DNA of 63,990 bases, the filler included, from Octopus bimaculoides (taxonomy: Eukaryota): the NCBI RefSeq assembly GCF_001194135.2. It is 5 parts of 5 records of this genome, joined end to end, with 100 filler letters (N's around TTAATTAATTAA, not from the genome) between each part and the next. Parts side by side here need not be neighbours in the genome. Positions count along the whole stretch, not along the records: positions 55,822 to 62,879 come from NC_069002.1; positions 62,980 to 63,990 come from NW_026435784.1; 3 more parts are not named here. One strand, written 5' to 3'. The notes under the pieces were generated by a model that saw only the letters and a program-made list of their open reading frames with translations, was not told where the DNA came from and ran no database searches. Positions 62,833-63,990 of the stretch are shown piece by piece (within the stretch, counting starts at the first letter, position 1; each line of letters begins with the position of its first letter). The position numbers and the translations under genes were made by a program.

Positions 62833-63990
62833 CCTATATAACACACACACACAAATATATATATATATATATATATATANNNNNNNNNNNNNNNNNNNNN
62901 NNNNNNNNNNNNNNNNNNNNNNNTTAATTAATTAANNNNNNNNNNNNNNNNNNNNNNNNNNNNNNNNNNNNNNNNNNNNAAATATGTAAACTGGTTTTAT
63001 TAACTGAATTACTTTAAAGATGGGACGGTATATGTGCAAGGAAGACAATAGAGCAGGAAGGACGAGGATTACTGTTTGGAAAGAGAATCTCCTTGCATTA
63101 AGACTTCAGGAAGAACAATTTTTGGTTGGATTTTGAGTCACTTACTGCAGATTTCCATTCGTACTTCAAAACAAATATTCGCACAAGCCTTGGCTCATAC
63201 AGCCAATTACTCATACAATGAGGTTCTACTGTATTATACTGTGAGGTTCTACTGTATTATAAAATTGTCATATTATTGAAGAGAATAGAATTAGGTAAAT
63301 AAATATATAGACTCATAAAAAGTGAAATAGATTCCTTCATGTAAGGAAATAGAGATTACATACAATGAAGAAAATAATTTTCAATTAATGAAAGAATACA
63401 AAAAATAATTTTCAATTAATGAAAGAATACAAAAAATATATTTGTATGTTGAAAAGAAATAAATTTATTTAGACTGCAAAGAAAGAAAGTCTAAACTGTC
63501 AATTGAAATTGCATTCCCATGGTGAATCCCTGGCTAATCAATATCGCAGAAACAAAATAAAAAAGTGCAAGAGGTTTATAGAAAAAAATATTGTTTTGAA
63601 GATATTGAGACAATCAGCTTTCTGATGTCTAGTTTTCACAAAGAAAAAATATACCTACAGATGTTAACAACTGAACTATAGATGTTGATTGCCATGCTGT
63701 ATCTCGCGCATCCTTCTGAATCAGTCACTACTTGGTGGAATATGCAGTTAAGGTCCCACACCAGATTAAAGTTTGGGATGTTGGATGTGTAGGCTGATCC
63801 AAAATATTTGATCTGCTTCCTTTGTGACATAGGTTTGTAGAAGCAGAGTTGATTGGGATTATATCAAATGTGTACCAGTCTTAGAAAATGATAGTGGTAT
63901 TACCATAAAAATCCTTCATAGGCTCTTGTTTGGCTGATACCGCCTTTCTGGCCTTCATGCTGGTGGCACGTAAAAGCACCTACTACATTC

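Noticed and set aside
18956-62935. Recurrent TTAATTAATTAA palindrome
   Set aside because: Always centred in exactly 44+44 N; an assembly spacer, not biology.

Overview
Repeat-dense, AT-rich eukaryotic genomic DNA from a gappy assembly. The SINE families, microsatellite load and tRNA sequence suggest an octopod cephalopod (Octopus-like); this is inference. Four artificial 100-bp spacers (44 N + TTAATTAATTAA + 44 N) show the window is five joined scaffolds, so relative order and orientation are not guaranteed. Host features I can support: the first coding exon of a minus-strand CIB2/CIB3-like gene (27539-27589) with a candidate promoter/5' exon about 2.1 kb upstream, and an intact tRNA-Glu(TTC) gene (34834-34905). 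The rest is SINEs, decayed Penelope-like, RTE, R4, CR1/L2 and Helitron fragments, fold-back/MITE elements and tandem repeats. The most notable signal is a set of type I hammerhead ribozyme motifs found by eye: six with the full CTGANGA/GAAA core and three pairing stems, each with different stem sequences and all on the minus strand. There is also one degenerate copy and a separate minimal family carrying an A6->U core variant. Nearly all ORFs in the supplied track are artefacts of N-runs, microsatellites or SINEs. All folds and alignments were done by hand; TE boundaries are approximate.
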